The notes under the pieces were generated by a model. It did no database searches. It was not told the DNA's origin and worked only from the letters and a program-made list of their open reading frames with translations. Positions 40,161-50,196 of a stretch of DNA of 64,000 bases are shown piece after piece (the stretch's first letter is position 1; each line of letters begins with the position of its first letter). Source of the stretch: Bdellovibrionota bacterium (GTDB lineage: Bacteria; Bdellovibrionota_C; UBA2361; OMII01); the NCBI GenBank assembly GCA_044345405.1, contig JBIJBE010000003.1, positions 64,001-128,000 of the forward strand, written 5' to 3'. The position numbers and the translations under genes were made by a program.

Positions 40161-40430
40161 CTATCGCGCGATAGTGCTGCTCGCGAAATAGTGCCGGTAT
40201 ACCATGAGGATGATCACCGCGCCGAGTATCGACGCGAGGAGGCTGACCGGAGCTTGAGGCCCATACATGCCGAGCGCTCTGCCCAGGACAGTTCCGAACA
40301 AAGCGCCGGAGATCCCTAGGCCTGTCGTCACGAGGACCCCGATTTCATCTCCTCCCGGAAGGATAGTACGCCCAATCAGGCCAACGAAGAATCCGATGAC
40401 AATTGTCCATGCGACGAGGAACATGGTCAC
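40161..40430 (-). CDS. GlsB/YeaQ/YmgE family membrane protein
   Basis: Small hydrophobic protein; GLIGRTILPG, SILGAVIIL. Confidence 0.85.
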   Translation of the reverse strand: MTMFLVAWTIVIGFFVGLIGRTILPGGDEIGVLVTTGLGISGALFGTVLGRALGMYGPQAPVSLLASILGAVIILMVYRHYFASSTIAR

Positions 40431-40504
40431 GCCTTGGAGAAAAGGAAAAAGAAAAAGCGAGGAGACCTACCTGGTAAGTCCCCTCGCTCGTCACGTCAGA
40501 TGAG

Positions 40505-41203
40505 TTATCCGATGTGTGGAGGCAGCGCGTTTCGAAGTTGGTTTACCTCTTTCTCGAGATCGCTTGGCATGCGAGCGGTGAGGTTCGCCTCCCTGGTTCC
40601 GTAGAACGCTCGCTCGTCAGACTCGTCACGGGAAACGTTCACCCCATCGATGCTCGCTCCCAAGAACAGCCCCTCAGCTCGCTGGTATCCGATGACCTCC
40701 GCTTGCGGAGCCTCAAACGTTTTGTCGAACGTTCCCGCTACCGCGCTGAGCTCTCCACCTACCTTGAAATTACCTCGACGCAACGCGTCAGCGGCCTTGT
40801 CGCTCGTGAGGTAGAGAACGATGTCAGCTGACTTCACACCAGCTTGAACACCGATACTTCCACCGGTGAGATTGAGGAACATCGGATTCTCCCACGTTCC
40901 CGCGGAGCTCTTACAGAACCCCACACCATCTCCGTGCGTTCCACCGAGTCCGGCTGAAACTGTTACGGTCTTAGGAAAGATCGCCACGCATTTCGTCTTA
41001 TCCAAGACCGATTGAGGAACCTTTCCCATCTTCCCCTCGGAGATCTGTTGGTACACGGTGGTGGATTCTTTTAGGTTTGTTTCCGCCTCTCGAAACGCGC
41101 GGCTGCTTCGATCGATCTTCATCTCCTCCTCGGCTGCTGAGGCGGACACGAACGGAATTGTGAGTGACATGAGTGCGGTGAGGTACAGCGGCGATCTATT
41201 CAT
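40505..41203 (-). CDS. SYLF/Ysc84 lipid-binding domain protein
   Basis: Signal peptide; GGSIGVQAG, GLFLGASIDG. Confidence 0.88.
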   Translation of the reverse strand: MNRSPLYLTALMSLTIPFVSASAAEEEMKIDRSSRAFREAETNLKESTTVYQQISEGKMGKVPQSVLDKTKCVAIFPKTVTVSAGLGGTHGDGVGFCKSSAGTWENPMFLNLTGGSIGVQAGVKSADIVLYLTSDKAADALRRGNFKVGGELSAVAGTFDKTFEAPQAEVIGYQRAEGLFLGASIDGVNVSRDESDERAFYGTREANLTARMPSDLEKEVNQLRNALPPHIG

Positions 41204-41382
41204 AGTGGTCTCCTAATCAGGTGAGATGAAAGAAATAGGGGGCACGTCCGTTGCTTCAAATACATATTCTTAGCGTTCGGGACGTCGCGCTCCCGTCGTT
41301 CGCACGATTCCGCAGGAGTGGGTCAGTGGCTATGATGGTGGTCAGGCCGGCGTGTGTGAGTTGTGATCTGCCAGCGGTCAGG

Positions 41383-42186
41383 TCACAGGGAGGAGCCGCG
41401 CGATGCTTCCAAAAGCGCTCGTTGATAGCTCTCCGCGATCGTAATCATAGGGGCCCAGAGCTGTTTCGCCCGAACCCCGGGCCCCTCAACGAGCTCCCAC
41501 TCTGCGACATCGGGTGGCAGCTCTGAGTACAGCTCATCGAGTGGTTTCTGGTTATTGAGTTGGTAGGGGTTCGTCTGCTCTAGAAATGAAGCAATCTCAT
41601 CCAGCGTTGCGCCCCGTTTGCGCATAGATCTGGCCTGAAGCGATAGCTCCCCGCAGCGTGTTGCGTACTCGCGTAGTTGATCGATAGATCTCTGACTCTG
41701 CTTTCGTAGTTGGGTGATAAATTCAGAGGTGTCGAGGAGGGTGCGCAGCTCGGCTGCGATGTGGGGAGGAAAGGAGTCCTGGGCCGACTCTGCGATCCCG
41801 AAAATCTTCTGTCGGTAGTTATTTATGAAGTACACCACGAAGAGGTTCTCCGCGAACTGGGTTGGATCGGGATGTGCAACCATCTCCTCTACGCACCATA
41901 ATACCCCTCCGCGGGTGAGGCCGTAGGTCGGTCTCGCCTTTCGAGCTTTAAGTTTCGTTATTCCCTGACTCGTAGCGGCTGTGAGGGCCCGAGCAAATTG
42001 CATATTCTCAAGTCCCGCCGTACCTCCCCCAAGGGGTTGCCAACACCATGCGTAAAAGAGATCGAAGAAGAATTTCACATCTCGTTGGCGAAATCCCTCG
42101 CTCCTGTACGCGACGTGGGCGGCTAGAAAGGAGGCCGCCATCACTTTTTTGTATCGGGATGCCAGGGCGCCGTGGCGAAACTTCAT
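41383..42186 (-). CDS. Hypothetical protein, possible winged-helix N-terminus
   Basis: PTYGLTRGG resembles the Y-x-LT-x-x-G wing; divergent from desaturase pair. Confidence 0.6.
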   Translation of the reverse strand: MKFRHGALASRYKKVMAASFLAAHVAYRSEGFRQRDVKFFFDLFYAWCWQPLGGGTAGLENMQFARALTAATSQGITKLKARKARPTYGLTRGGVLWCVEEMVAHPDPTQFAENLFVVYFINNYRQKIFGIAESAQDSFPPHIAAELRTLLDTSEFITQLRKQSQRSIDQLREYATRCGELSLQARSMRKRGATLDEIASFLEQTNPYQLNNQKPLDELYSELPPDVAEWELVEGPGVRAKQLWAPMITIAESYQRALLEASRGSSL

Positions 42187-42430
42187 AACAATGAGACATT
42201 TTAAATGAAGCGCCTAACGCCGCAGAAGTCACCATTATATGGTTTTTAATGCAGTAGTGGGGTGCTACGTAACAATGTTACCAAAATAATAGCGCCATTC
42301 CTCCGGTCCTCGCAATAACTTTGTATGAGAACGACGTCGCGTTGAAGGCCCGATGCGATAACGCTCTCGAACTTCCCTGAGTTTACGGGTCGGGAGACGC
42401 CGGAAACCAAGGGCTTAACGGAGATATGGT

Positions 42431-43495
42431 ATGTCCGCTACGAAACCTACATGTCGAGAGATCTGGTGTGAGCTCAAGGGGCGCGTTGACGAGGAGTTGG
42501 CTCGCGCAGGGGCAATCCGACGCGCGCCCGCCTCTATCTGGATTAAGGTCTCCCTCTTACTTCTCTCCCTGGCCGCCAGCTACACGGGGATTATCCTCCT
42601 ACAACCCGGTCCCCTCTGGCTCCTTTTGTGGGCGCAGGCCGGAGTCACCACCTTCTTTCTCATGGTGTGCGCTGCCCACGACGCCTCGCATGGGGTACTC
42701 AGCGCCTCCTCACTTCTCAATCGCATCGCGCTCCTGGTGACCTTTGGGCTCCTCGGCATCGATGGAGCGTTGTGGGGAGTGCGGCACCGGGCCGCGCATC
42801 ACGCGCATACCAACGTTTCGGAGGTTGATCCCGACTCATCTCCGAATCCATTTTTGCGACTCTCTCCCCACCATCCATGGCGACCGTGGTTCCGTTTTCA
42901 AGCCTACTACGCAATCCTTCTCTATCCACTCGCGCTCGCGCACACCGCCATCATTCAGGATTTTGAGCACCTCGTGTGCCGGTCGCTCCCCTATGTGGAT
43001 AAGCTTCCGTCGCGCCGAGTGGCGTTCCTTAGAGCTCTTCTCATCAAGATTGTGTATCTGCTTGTGTTCGTCATCCTTCCGTGGAAGTTTCTGCACGTGC
43101 CCTTGGTGTGGGTGCTCGTGGGAGTGGCTACTAAATTTCTCGTCGCCTCGACGGTTTTCGTTCTGACTATTTGTCTCAACCACTACGTTACCGAAACGAC
43201 CTTTTACGATACGACCTCTCACCCTGCTGAGGATTCACACCTTATGCATCAGCTCCGCTCCTCCGCTGATTGGTATCCTACAAGTTATTTCTGGTGTTGG
43301 TTGATGGGTGGAGCCAATGCGCACACCGCGCATCACCTCTTCCCCAGTGTGAGTCACGCACATTATCCGGCGATCTCCCGAATCATTGAGGAGACAGCGA
43401 AGAAATATAACCTTCCCTACAACAACTTTTCCTTCGCGCAGGGGCTACGATCTCACTTCACGTTCCTTAACGCCTTAGGGAGGTACACTGTATGA
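42431..43495 (+). CDS. Membrane fatty acid desaturase
   Basis: His boxes HDASH, HRAAHH, HTAHH. Confidence 0.92.
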   Translation: MSATKPTCREIWCELKGRVDEELARAGAIRRAPASIWIKVSLLLLSLAASYTGIILLQPGPLWLLLWAQAGVTTFFLMVCAAHDASHGVLSASSLLNRIALLVTFGLLGIDGALWGVRHRAAHHAHTNVSEVDPDSSPNPFLRLSPHHPWRPWFRFQAYYAILLYPLALAHTAIIQDFEHLVCRSLPYVDKLPSRRVAFLRALLIKIVYLLVFVILPWKFLHVPLVWVLVGVATKFLVASTVFVLTICLNHYVTETTFYDTTSHPAEDSHLMHQLRSSADWYPTSYFWCWLMGGANAHTAHHLFPSVSHAHYPAISRIIEETAKKYNLPYNNFSFAQGLRSHFTFLNALGRYTV

Positions 43496-44532
43496 ACACC
43501 AAACGCACAGAAGATGATCTTCGCAGAAAGGTGCAGAGATGGGGGCGTGCGCTTCGCGGCTTCCCCAATCCGACTGCGACCTACTGGCTCTTCATCGGGG
43601 TGGTCGTGGCGGTTACGTGCGCGGCGCACCTCACCTACATCACCTATTTTCGCAACGCGGTGCTCACCTACATTGCGGCTACCGTCGCATACTCGGGGTG
43701 GACGGTGCTTGCGATCTCCCTCGGACATCAAGCCTTCCATGGTACCTTGATGCGAGATCCAGGTGCGTGCCATCTGGTGGGATCGGTCCTCTTTGTGCCC
43801 CTCGGCGTCGATGGAGAGTTGTGGGCTCTGCGACACGTTCGTGACCACCATCCCGCGCCGAATACCAAAGGATTCGACGCCGATATCGACAATCCCCTTA
43901 TCTTTCGGTTGGCGCCGTATACGGAGCGTCGTTGGTACCATCGCTTCCAACACCTCTACGCTCCGTTCGTGTACTCTATCGGCGTTTTGTATACAGCGCT
44001 CGTGGATGACTTGCGCGCGGTGATTCGCGAGGCCTCGGCGCTTCCCCGTGATAGACGGGGGCGTCTCTACCTCCGTTTCGGTTATAGAAAGGTTATGTTT
44101 GGGCTCCTCTGGGTCGGACTCCCGATGATAGCGGGGGCCCCGTATTCTGCGGTGGAGTATTTTCAGATCATGCTTGTCGCCACCATGCCAAGCGCGTGGC
44201 TCTTTCTCCCCATAGCGGCAGCTCACCTTAACGAGCACACGCAGTTCTATGCCCAGCAGGATGGGAAGAGCTTTTCTGCCCTACAAGGCGAGACAACGAT
44301 CGACTTTGCGAATCGAAGCCGCTTCATGACCCACCTCTACGGTGGACTGAACTGTCACTTGGCGCACCACCTGTGGCCAAACGTAGCATCGTGTCACTAC
44401 GGTGCGATGTATGATTACCTCGAGTCGCTCGGCGCGCCGGAGCCCCTTCGACCCATTAGCGTTTCGTTTGGAGAGCTCTTCGCCTCACACTTTCGGTTCC
44501 TTCGACGAATGGGGAATGGTCAGGTGCGATGA
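43492..44532 (+). CDS. Membrane fatty acid desaturase (second paralog)
   Basis: His boxes HQAFH, HVRDHH, HLAHH; ATGA overlap with previous gene. Confidence 0.92.
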   Translation: MNTKRTEDDLRRKVQRWGRALRGFPNPTATYWLFIGVVVAVTCAAHLTYITYFRNAVLTYIAATVAYSGWTVLAISLGHQAFHGTLMRDPGACHLVGSVLFVPLGVDGELWALRHVRDHHPAPNTKGFDADIDNPLIFRLAPYTERRWYHRFQHLYAPFVYSIGVLYTALVDDLRAVIREASALPRDRRGRLYLRFGYRKVMFGLLWVGLPMIAGAPYSAVEYFQIMLVATMPSAWLFLPIAAAHLNEHTQFYAQQDGKSFSALQGETTIDFANRSRFMTHLYGGLNCHLAHHLWPNVASCHYGAMYDYLESLGAPEPLRPISVSFGELFASHFRFLRRMGNGQVR

Positions 44533-44696
44533 GCGAAAGCCGATGACGAGTTCCGTTGACGGTATATCGGGAACCGCTAGACGTAGACGTGGTACGTTGT
44601 GCGTCTTACGTGGGACGTCGACGTCGACGACTCGAATGTTTGCTACTGGGATAGGAGCGATACTAGGATTGCAAAGGGAGAAACGCCTTTGCCCGT

Positions 44697-44731
44697 TCCA
44701 CCTTCGCCCCTGCGGGGCTACGGCGGACAAG
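44697..44731. repeat. Stand-alone family-B REP-like hairpin
   Basis: Reverse complement CTTGTCCGCCGTAGCC..GGCGAAGGTGGA resembles the insert at 22754-22783. Confidence 0.55.
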
Positions 44732-44773
44732 CACTCAAATCTTGGCGAAGCCAAGTTTGAGTAGGAAAGCGAC

Positions 44774-44849
44774 TGGAGCCGCCTGTCAGACTCGAACTGA
44801 CGACCTACGGTTTACAAAACCGTTGCTCTACCAACTGAGCTAAGGCGGC
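44774..44849 (-). tRNA. tRNA-Thr(TGT)
   Basis: 76-nt cloverleaf, anticodon arm ACGGT-TTTGTAA-ACCGT, encoded CCA. Confidence 0.97.
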
Positions 44850-45077
44850 TTAGTGAAGACGAGAGGGGAGGGCAAGGTGTCTTGCGGTACCCTCACGGTG
44901 TTTGATGCACCGATGACTTCGTTCGCCCTTTGGTTTTCTCAAGCTTTGGGGCTCGGGTCAAGCTATACCGGGCAGATAAGTACTCATTTTTCGGAGGCAT
45001 TTTGCCCTTGCATCATGAGGTCTGCGAGGCTCGGGGTGATTTTCTTCACGGATGCTCTCTCTCTGCAACCGAGTGTA

Positions 45078-45115
45078 TTTACTTGATCCAGGAAATTCTA
45101 CATACTGCGCCGGCG
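45078..45115 (+). promoter_or_regulatory. Putative sigma70 stable-RNA promoter
   Basis: TTTACT-N17-CATACT followed by GC-rich GCGCCGGCG just upstream of tRNA-Thr(GGT). Confidence 0.5.
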
Positions 45116-45129
45116 TTCCGACACCTAGT

Positions 45130-45205
<76 letters not shown>

Positions 45206-45248
45206 TTTAGTTTGAACGTCCACTACAATTCCTTATGGAATTCCTCAT

Positions 45249-45334
45249 GGTGAGGTGCCCGAGTGGCTAAAGGGGGCAGACTGTAAATCTGCTGGCTACG
45301 GCCTACGGGGGTTCGAATCCCTCTCTCACCACCA
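45249..45334 (+). tRNA. tRNA-Tyr(GTA)
   Basis: Long variable arm, GCAGA-CTGTAAA-TCTGC, encoded CCA. Confidence 0.97.
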
Positions 45335-45339
45335 TCTAT

Positions 45340-45911
45340 CCCATTTGGCATTTGAGCCCAGGGGCTTCCGCCCCTCTCGCCGCTTAACGCGGCTTCACCC
45401 CGTTTTTTCCGCTCGACGCTCGGGTCCAGGGGCACACCCCCTCTCGCCGCTTAACGCGGCTTCACCCCGTTTTTTCCGCTCGACGCTCGGGTCCAGGGGC
45501 ACACCCCCTCTCTCGCCGCTTAACGCGGCTTCACCCCGTTTTTTCCGCTCGACGTTTGGGTCCAGGGGGCACACCCCCTCTCGCCGCTTAACGCGGCTTC
45601 ACCCCGTTTTTTCCGCTCGACGCTCGGGTCCAGGGGCACACCCCCTCTCGCCGCTTAACGCGACTTCACCCCGTTTTTTCCGCTCGACGTTTGGGTCCAG
45701 GGGCACACCCCCTCTCGCCGCTTAACGCGGCTTCACCCCGTTTTTTCCGCTCGACGCTCGGGTCCAGGGGCACACCCCCTCCTGCCGCTCGGGTCCAGGG
45801 GCACACCCCCTCCTGCCGCTCGGGTCCAGGGGCACACCCCCTCCTGCCGCTAATCGCGGCTTCACCCCGTTTCCCATTCGGCATTTGAGCCCAGGGGCTA
45901 CGCCCTGGTTT
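45340..45911 (+). repeat. Composite tandem array after tRNA-Tyr: six 67-69-bp units, two 31-bp sub-units, capped by 41-bp-type modules
   Basis: CGCTTAACGC recurs at 45381, 45448, 45517, 45585, 45652, 45719. Confidence 0.95.
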
Positions 45912-46029
45912 CCCCTGAGCGGTTCCCCTGAGCGAACGGAGTGAGTCGAAGGGAACGGAGTGAGTCGAACGAAGCCGAAGCCCAAGCTGTTCCAATCCAA
46001 CACGAATGTGCTAGAGTCGACACCGATTT

Positions 46030-46102
<73 letters not shown>

Positions 46103-46106
46103 CACT

Positions 46107-46501
46107 GTTTTTCCCATTCGGCATTCGGGCCCAGGGGCTTCGCCCCGGTTTTTCCCATTCGGCATTCGGGCCCAGGGGCTTCGCCCCGGTTTTTCCCATT
46201 CGGCATTCGGGCCCAGGGGCTTCGCCCCGGTTTTTCCCATTCGGCATTCGGGCCCAGGGGCTGCGCCCCGGTTTTTCCCATTCGGCATTCGGGCCCAGGG
46301 GCTTCGCCCCGGTTTTTCCCATTCGGCATTCGGGCCCAGGGGCTTCGCCCCGGTTTTTCCCATTCGGCATTTGAGCCCAGGGGCTTTGCCCCGGTTTTTC
46401 CCATTCGGCATTTGAGCCCAGGGGCTTCGCCCCGGTTTTTCCCATTCGGCATTTGAGCCCAGGGGCTGCGCCCCTCCTGCCGCTAATCGCGGCGTCACCC
46501 C
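46107..46501 (+). repeat. Nine 41-bp tandem units after tRNA-Trp plus tail shared with the Tyr array
   Basis: GTTTTTCCCATTCGGCATTCGGGCCCAGGGGCTTCGCCCCG; CCCATTCGG at 46113 and every 41 bp to 46441. Confidence 0.97.
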
Positions 46502-46638
46502 TTCCATCAAGATAGACAGGCAGCCCGAGCGGTTCGGACGGAGTCGAAGGGGCCTACAGGTGTCCCATTCCCCAATTGCATGATAAACCAAGAGGTAGCG
46601 GACTCCGCCACAAAGGGTCCGCACGTGAGGAACACCGA

Positions 46639-47742
46639 ATGAGTGAAACCGTTGCTGACGCCGCTGTCGCGAATCAAACCGCTACCCTCGACTATGAGGT
46701 CCGTCAGCGTTCTCCACTCTGGATGGTTAGCCAAGAGCCACTCCTCAATGATCTCGTCGCCTATCTCAGCAAGGTTCGCGAGGAGCTTGAGCGCGATCCG
46801 CATCGTCATTGCGAATTAGCGTTCTCCCGAGCGCATCTGAAACAATGCCGCGCCGCCTTCGATCGGATGATTCGAAAAGGGGAGGAGAGTCTCCACCGTT
46901 TGTGCGAGCTCTTCTGTAATTCGTTTGTGGGGAGGTATCAGCTTCAAAGCGTTGTGATCGGAGAGACCCCAACGACCCATGAGCGCTTTACGTTGACGCA
47001 GATCCTTTCGCGGCACGATCTCTACTCCACGATGGATCTTGATCTCGGAAATAGGCAGCTCCGGAAATTGAACTATTTTGACGGTAACGGATGGGTTTCT
47101 CCGACTCTCGTCGCCAACATGGTGGAGTACCAACCGACCCAACCTAACACGCATGGGGTTCATAAGATCATCAGCCGAATTAAGGCCGAGGAGGAGCTGT
47201 GGAATAAGGTCGTGGATGAGATCTTTGGTCTCGATTCCTTGGTGACGAGAGATAAGGAGCTTCGCCATCTTAGCTACTACGTAAAAGATGTCTTCGGCGT
47301 GAAGATCGTCGTGGGCACTCCTGAAGAGGTTGTGAGTTTACATCAAGAACTTGAGCGTCTCTCGTGGTCGACGAGCGAGCTACAAGCGGTAGGGGAGAGC
47401 CCGACGCCCCCAATGTCACGGCTCTCCTTTGTTGAGACGAAGGATTATATCCGTAACGTCGAGAAGAATAGCGGCTGGGAGGCTATGAAGTCGGTCATCA
47501 CGTGGGGAGGCAGGATGTTCGAGGTGCAGGTGCAGCCGCTCTCTAACTTCTGGCGAGAGCGTGAGCACCTGACTCGAGAGAGTCATGCCGGCTTCAAGAG
47601 TCGTCGTGAGGAGATCCGTCTTCAGGTTGCCGAACGGATTCCGCTCTTCCGTTTTTACCAGAGTCTGCTTCGGTGGCTCATCCAACTTCCGGATTCTCCC
47701 GCTCCAACCTTTTCCGGCATTTCGGTCGTTGTAACTGACTGA
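46639..47742 (+). CDS. Divergent stand-alone RelA/SpoT synthetase-domain protein
   Basis: SRIKAEEELWNK, KDVFGVKIV, KDYIRNVEKNSGWEAMK, FEVQVQ, SHAGFK in SYNTH motif order. Confidence 0.7.
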   Translation: MSETVADAAVANQTATLDYEVRQRSPLWMVSQEPLLNDLVAYLSKVREELERDPHRHCELAFSRAHLKQCRAAFDRMIRKGEESLHRLCELFCNSFVGRYQLQSVVIGETPTTHERFTLTQILSRHDLYSTMDLDLGNRQLRKLNYFDGNGWVSPTLVANMVEYQPTQPNTHGVHKIISRIKAEEELWNKVVDEIFGLDSLVTRDKELRHLSYYVKDVFGVKIVVGTPEEVVSLHQELERLSWSTSELQAVGESPTPPMSRLSFVETKDYIRNVEKNSGWEAMKSVITWGGRMFEVQVQPLSNFWREREHLTRESHAGFKSRREEIRLQVAERIPLFRFYQSLLRWLIQLPDSPAPTFSGISVVVTD

Positions 47743-47780
47743 TCTTAAATGCCTTTTTCGAGCTCGTGAAGGGGTGTGCT

Positions 47781-47804
47781 ATACTTGAATAAAATGTTCA
47801 AGAT
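47781..47804. promoter_or_regulatory. Candidate Rrf2/IscR-type operator upstream of sufB
   Basis: ATA-CTTGAA-N7-TTCAAG-AT inverted repeat. Confidence 0.45.
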
Positions 47805-47967
47805 TGCTACCTTCACTACCATAATTCAGAGCGTTATCCTTTTTTAGGAAAAACTGAGCCGCTAAGCCGACTTAGTGTGGCGTTCTGGGTATACTGTTGC
47901 CGGCTTGAAACGACTCCGATTCAGGAGCTCTCGTGGCCAGAAGCGCGAAGGATTTAGGAAAACCATT

Positions 47968-49407
47968 ATGAGTACGGACGTCCTCGATACCTACACCAAT
48001 CAGGAATACAAGTACGGCTTCTATACCGATATCGAGACAGACTCCGCTCCTCCAGGATTAAATCCGGACATCATCCGTTTCATATCCATGAAGAAGGAGG
48101 AGCCTGAGTGGATGCTCGAGTGGCGTCTTAAGGCGTATGAGACGTGGCGTCAGATGAAGGAGCCACATTGGGCCTTCGTGAACTACCCTCCGATCGATTA
48201 TCAGGATGTCGTGTACTACTCGGCTCCCAAGCGGAAGCCAGAGTTGAAGAGTCTCGACGAAGTTGATCCTGAGCTCCTCAAAACCTACGAGAAGCTTGGT
48301 ATTCCGCTCCACGAGCAGAAGGCGCTCGCAGGTGTCGCGGTAGACGCGGTGTTCGATTCCGTATCCGTTGTGACAACCTTTAAGAAGCAGCTCGAAGAAG
48401 TAGGGGTGATATTCTGCTCGATGTCAGAGGCGATTCGTAATCACCCTGACCTTGTGAAGAAGTATCTCGGTTCGGTTGTTCCGCACTCGGACAACTTCTT
48501 CTCGGCGCTTAACTCGGCGGTCTTCACCGACGGATCGTTCTGCTACATTCCAAAGGGCGTTCGTTGCCCTCTTGAGCTCTCAACCTATTTCCGAATTAAC
48601 GCCGCTAAGACCGGACAATTCGAGCGAACCCTTATCATCGCCGATGAGGGAAGCTACGTAAGCTACATGGAGGGATGCACCGCGCCGATGCGTGATGAGA
48701 ACCAACTCCATGCGGCGGTTGTTGAGCTCGTCGCTCTCGGTGACGCGCAGATCAAGTACTCCACCATCCAGAACTGGTATCCAGGCGATAAAGATGGAAA
48801 GGGCGGTATCTACAACTTTGTGACGAAGCGTGGCCTTTGCGCTGGAAAGAACTCAAAGATCTCCTGGACGCAAGTCGAGACCGGAAGTTCGATCACATGG
48901 AAGTATCCAAGCTGCATCTTGAAGGGTGATAACTCAGTGGGCGAGTTCTACTCGGTCGCTATCACCAACAACAAACAGCAGGCTGATACCGGCACGAAGA
49001 TGATCCATATCGGCAAGAACACGAAGAGCACGATCGTGTCGAAGGGAATCTCCGCTGGCCGAAGCCAGAACGCGTATCGTGGACTCGTGAAGATGATGAA
49101 GAGCGCCGAGGGCGCTCGTAACTTCTCTCAATGCGATTCGATGCTCATGGGTAACGAGTGCGGCGCGCACACATTCCCATACATCGAGGTGAAGAACCCA
49201 ACAGCGACGGTGGAGCATGAAGCCTCAACGTCGAAGATCGGAGAGGACCAGATCTTCTACTGCAACCAACGTGGTATCTCCACTGAGGACGCGGTGTCGA
49301 TGATCGTTCACGGATTTTGTAAGGAAGTTTTAAACGAGCTGCCGATGGAGTTCGCGGTTGAAGCGCGACGACTCTTGGAGATCAGTCTCGAGGGAAGCGT
49401 AGGATAG
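47968..49407 (+). CDS. sufB: Fe-S cluster assembly protein SufB
   Basis: [39 protein letters not shown]. Confidence 0.98.
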   Translation: MSTDVLDTYTNQEYKYGFYTDIETDSAPPGLNPDIIRFISMKKEEPEWMLEWRLKAYETWRQMKEPHWAFVNYPPIDYQDVVYYSAPKRKPELKSLDEVDPELLKTYEKLGIPLHEQKALAGVAVDAVFDSVSVVTTFKKQLEEVGVIFCSMSEAIRNHPDLVKKYLGSVVPHSDNFFSALNSAVFTDGSFCYIPKGVRCPLELSTYFRINAAKTGQFERTLIIADEGSYVSYMEGCTAPMRDENQLHAAVVELVALGDAQIKYSTIQNWYPGDKDGKGGIYNFVTKRGLCAGKNSKISWTQVETGSSITWKYPSCILKGDNSVGEFYSVAITNNKQQADTGTKMIHIGKNTKSTIVSKGISAGRSQNAYRGLVKMMKSAEGARNFSQCDSMLMGNECGAHTFPYIEVKNPTATVEHEASTSKIGEDQIFYCNQRGISTEDAVSMIVHGFCKEVLNELPMEFAVEARRLLEISLEGSVG

Positions 49408-49416
49408 TGAGGTAGT

Positions 49417-50187
49417 ATGAGCTTATTGAAGATTTCAAATTTGCACGCCCGCGTAGAAGGAGAGGGAAGGGAGATTCTTAAGGGGATCAACCTTGAGATT
49501 AAGCCAGGAGAGGTTCACGCCATCATGGGAGTGAACGGTTCCGGTAAGAGCACCCTCGCCAATATCCTTGGTGGAAAGGATGGCTACGATATCACCGAAG
49601 GCTCCGTGTCATTCGACGGGAAGGATCTCCTTGAGCTCGACCCAGAGGTTCGCGCTCGTGAGGGACTCTTCCTCGCGTTCCAATATCCAGTGGAGCTCCC
49701 AGGCGTTCTCACGTCGTATTTCTTGCGTACCGCGCTGAACTCAGTGCGTGAGCACCGTGGGCAGCCAGCCCACTCGGTTCGTGACTTCGCGGCTCTCCTG
49801 AAGGAGAAGGCGAAGCACCTTGAGCTTAACGATGATATGCTTAAGCGCGCTGTAAACGAAGGATTCTCGGGCGGAGAGAAGAAGCGTAACGAGGTGTTCC
49901 AGATGGCGGTTCTTGAGCCGAAGCTCTGCATCCTCGACGAGACCGATTCCGGTCTCGATATCGACGCGCTCCAGATCGTAGCGGACGGCGTCAACAAGCT
50001 CCGTTCTGAGAGTAACGGCATGCTCGTGATTACCCACTACCAACGACTCCTCAACTACATCGTGCCGGATGTTGTGCACGTGATGGTTGATGGGCGGATC
50101 GTGAAGTCGGGTGGTAAAGAGCTCGCGCTCGAGCTTGAGACCCACGGCTATGCCGCGTTTAAAGAGTCTGCTACCGCTACCGCGTAA
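49417..50187 (+). CDS. sufC: Fe-S cluster assembly ATPase SufC
   Basis: GVNGSGKS, FLAFQYPVE, VNEGFSGGEKKRNE, DETDSGLDID. Confidence 0.98.
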   Translation: MSLLKISNLHARVEGEGREILKGINLEIKPGEVHAIMGVNGSGKSTLANILGGKDGYDITEGSVSFDGKDLLELDPEVRAREGLFLAFQYPVELPGVLTSYFLRTALNSVREHRGQPAHSVRDFAALLKEKAKHLELNDDMLKRAVNEGFSGGEKKRNEVFQMAVLEPKLCILDETDSGLDIDALQIVADGVNKLRSESNGMLVITHYQRLLNYIVPDVVHVMVDGRIVKSGGKELALELETHGYAAFKESATATA

Positions 50188-50196
50188 GGGTATCTC

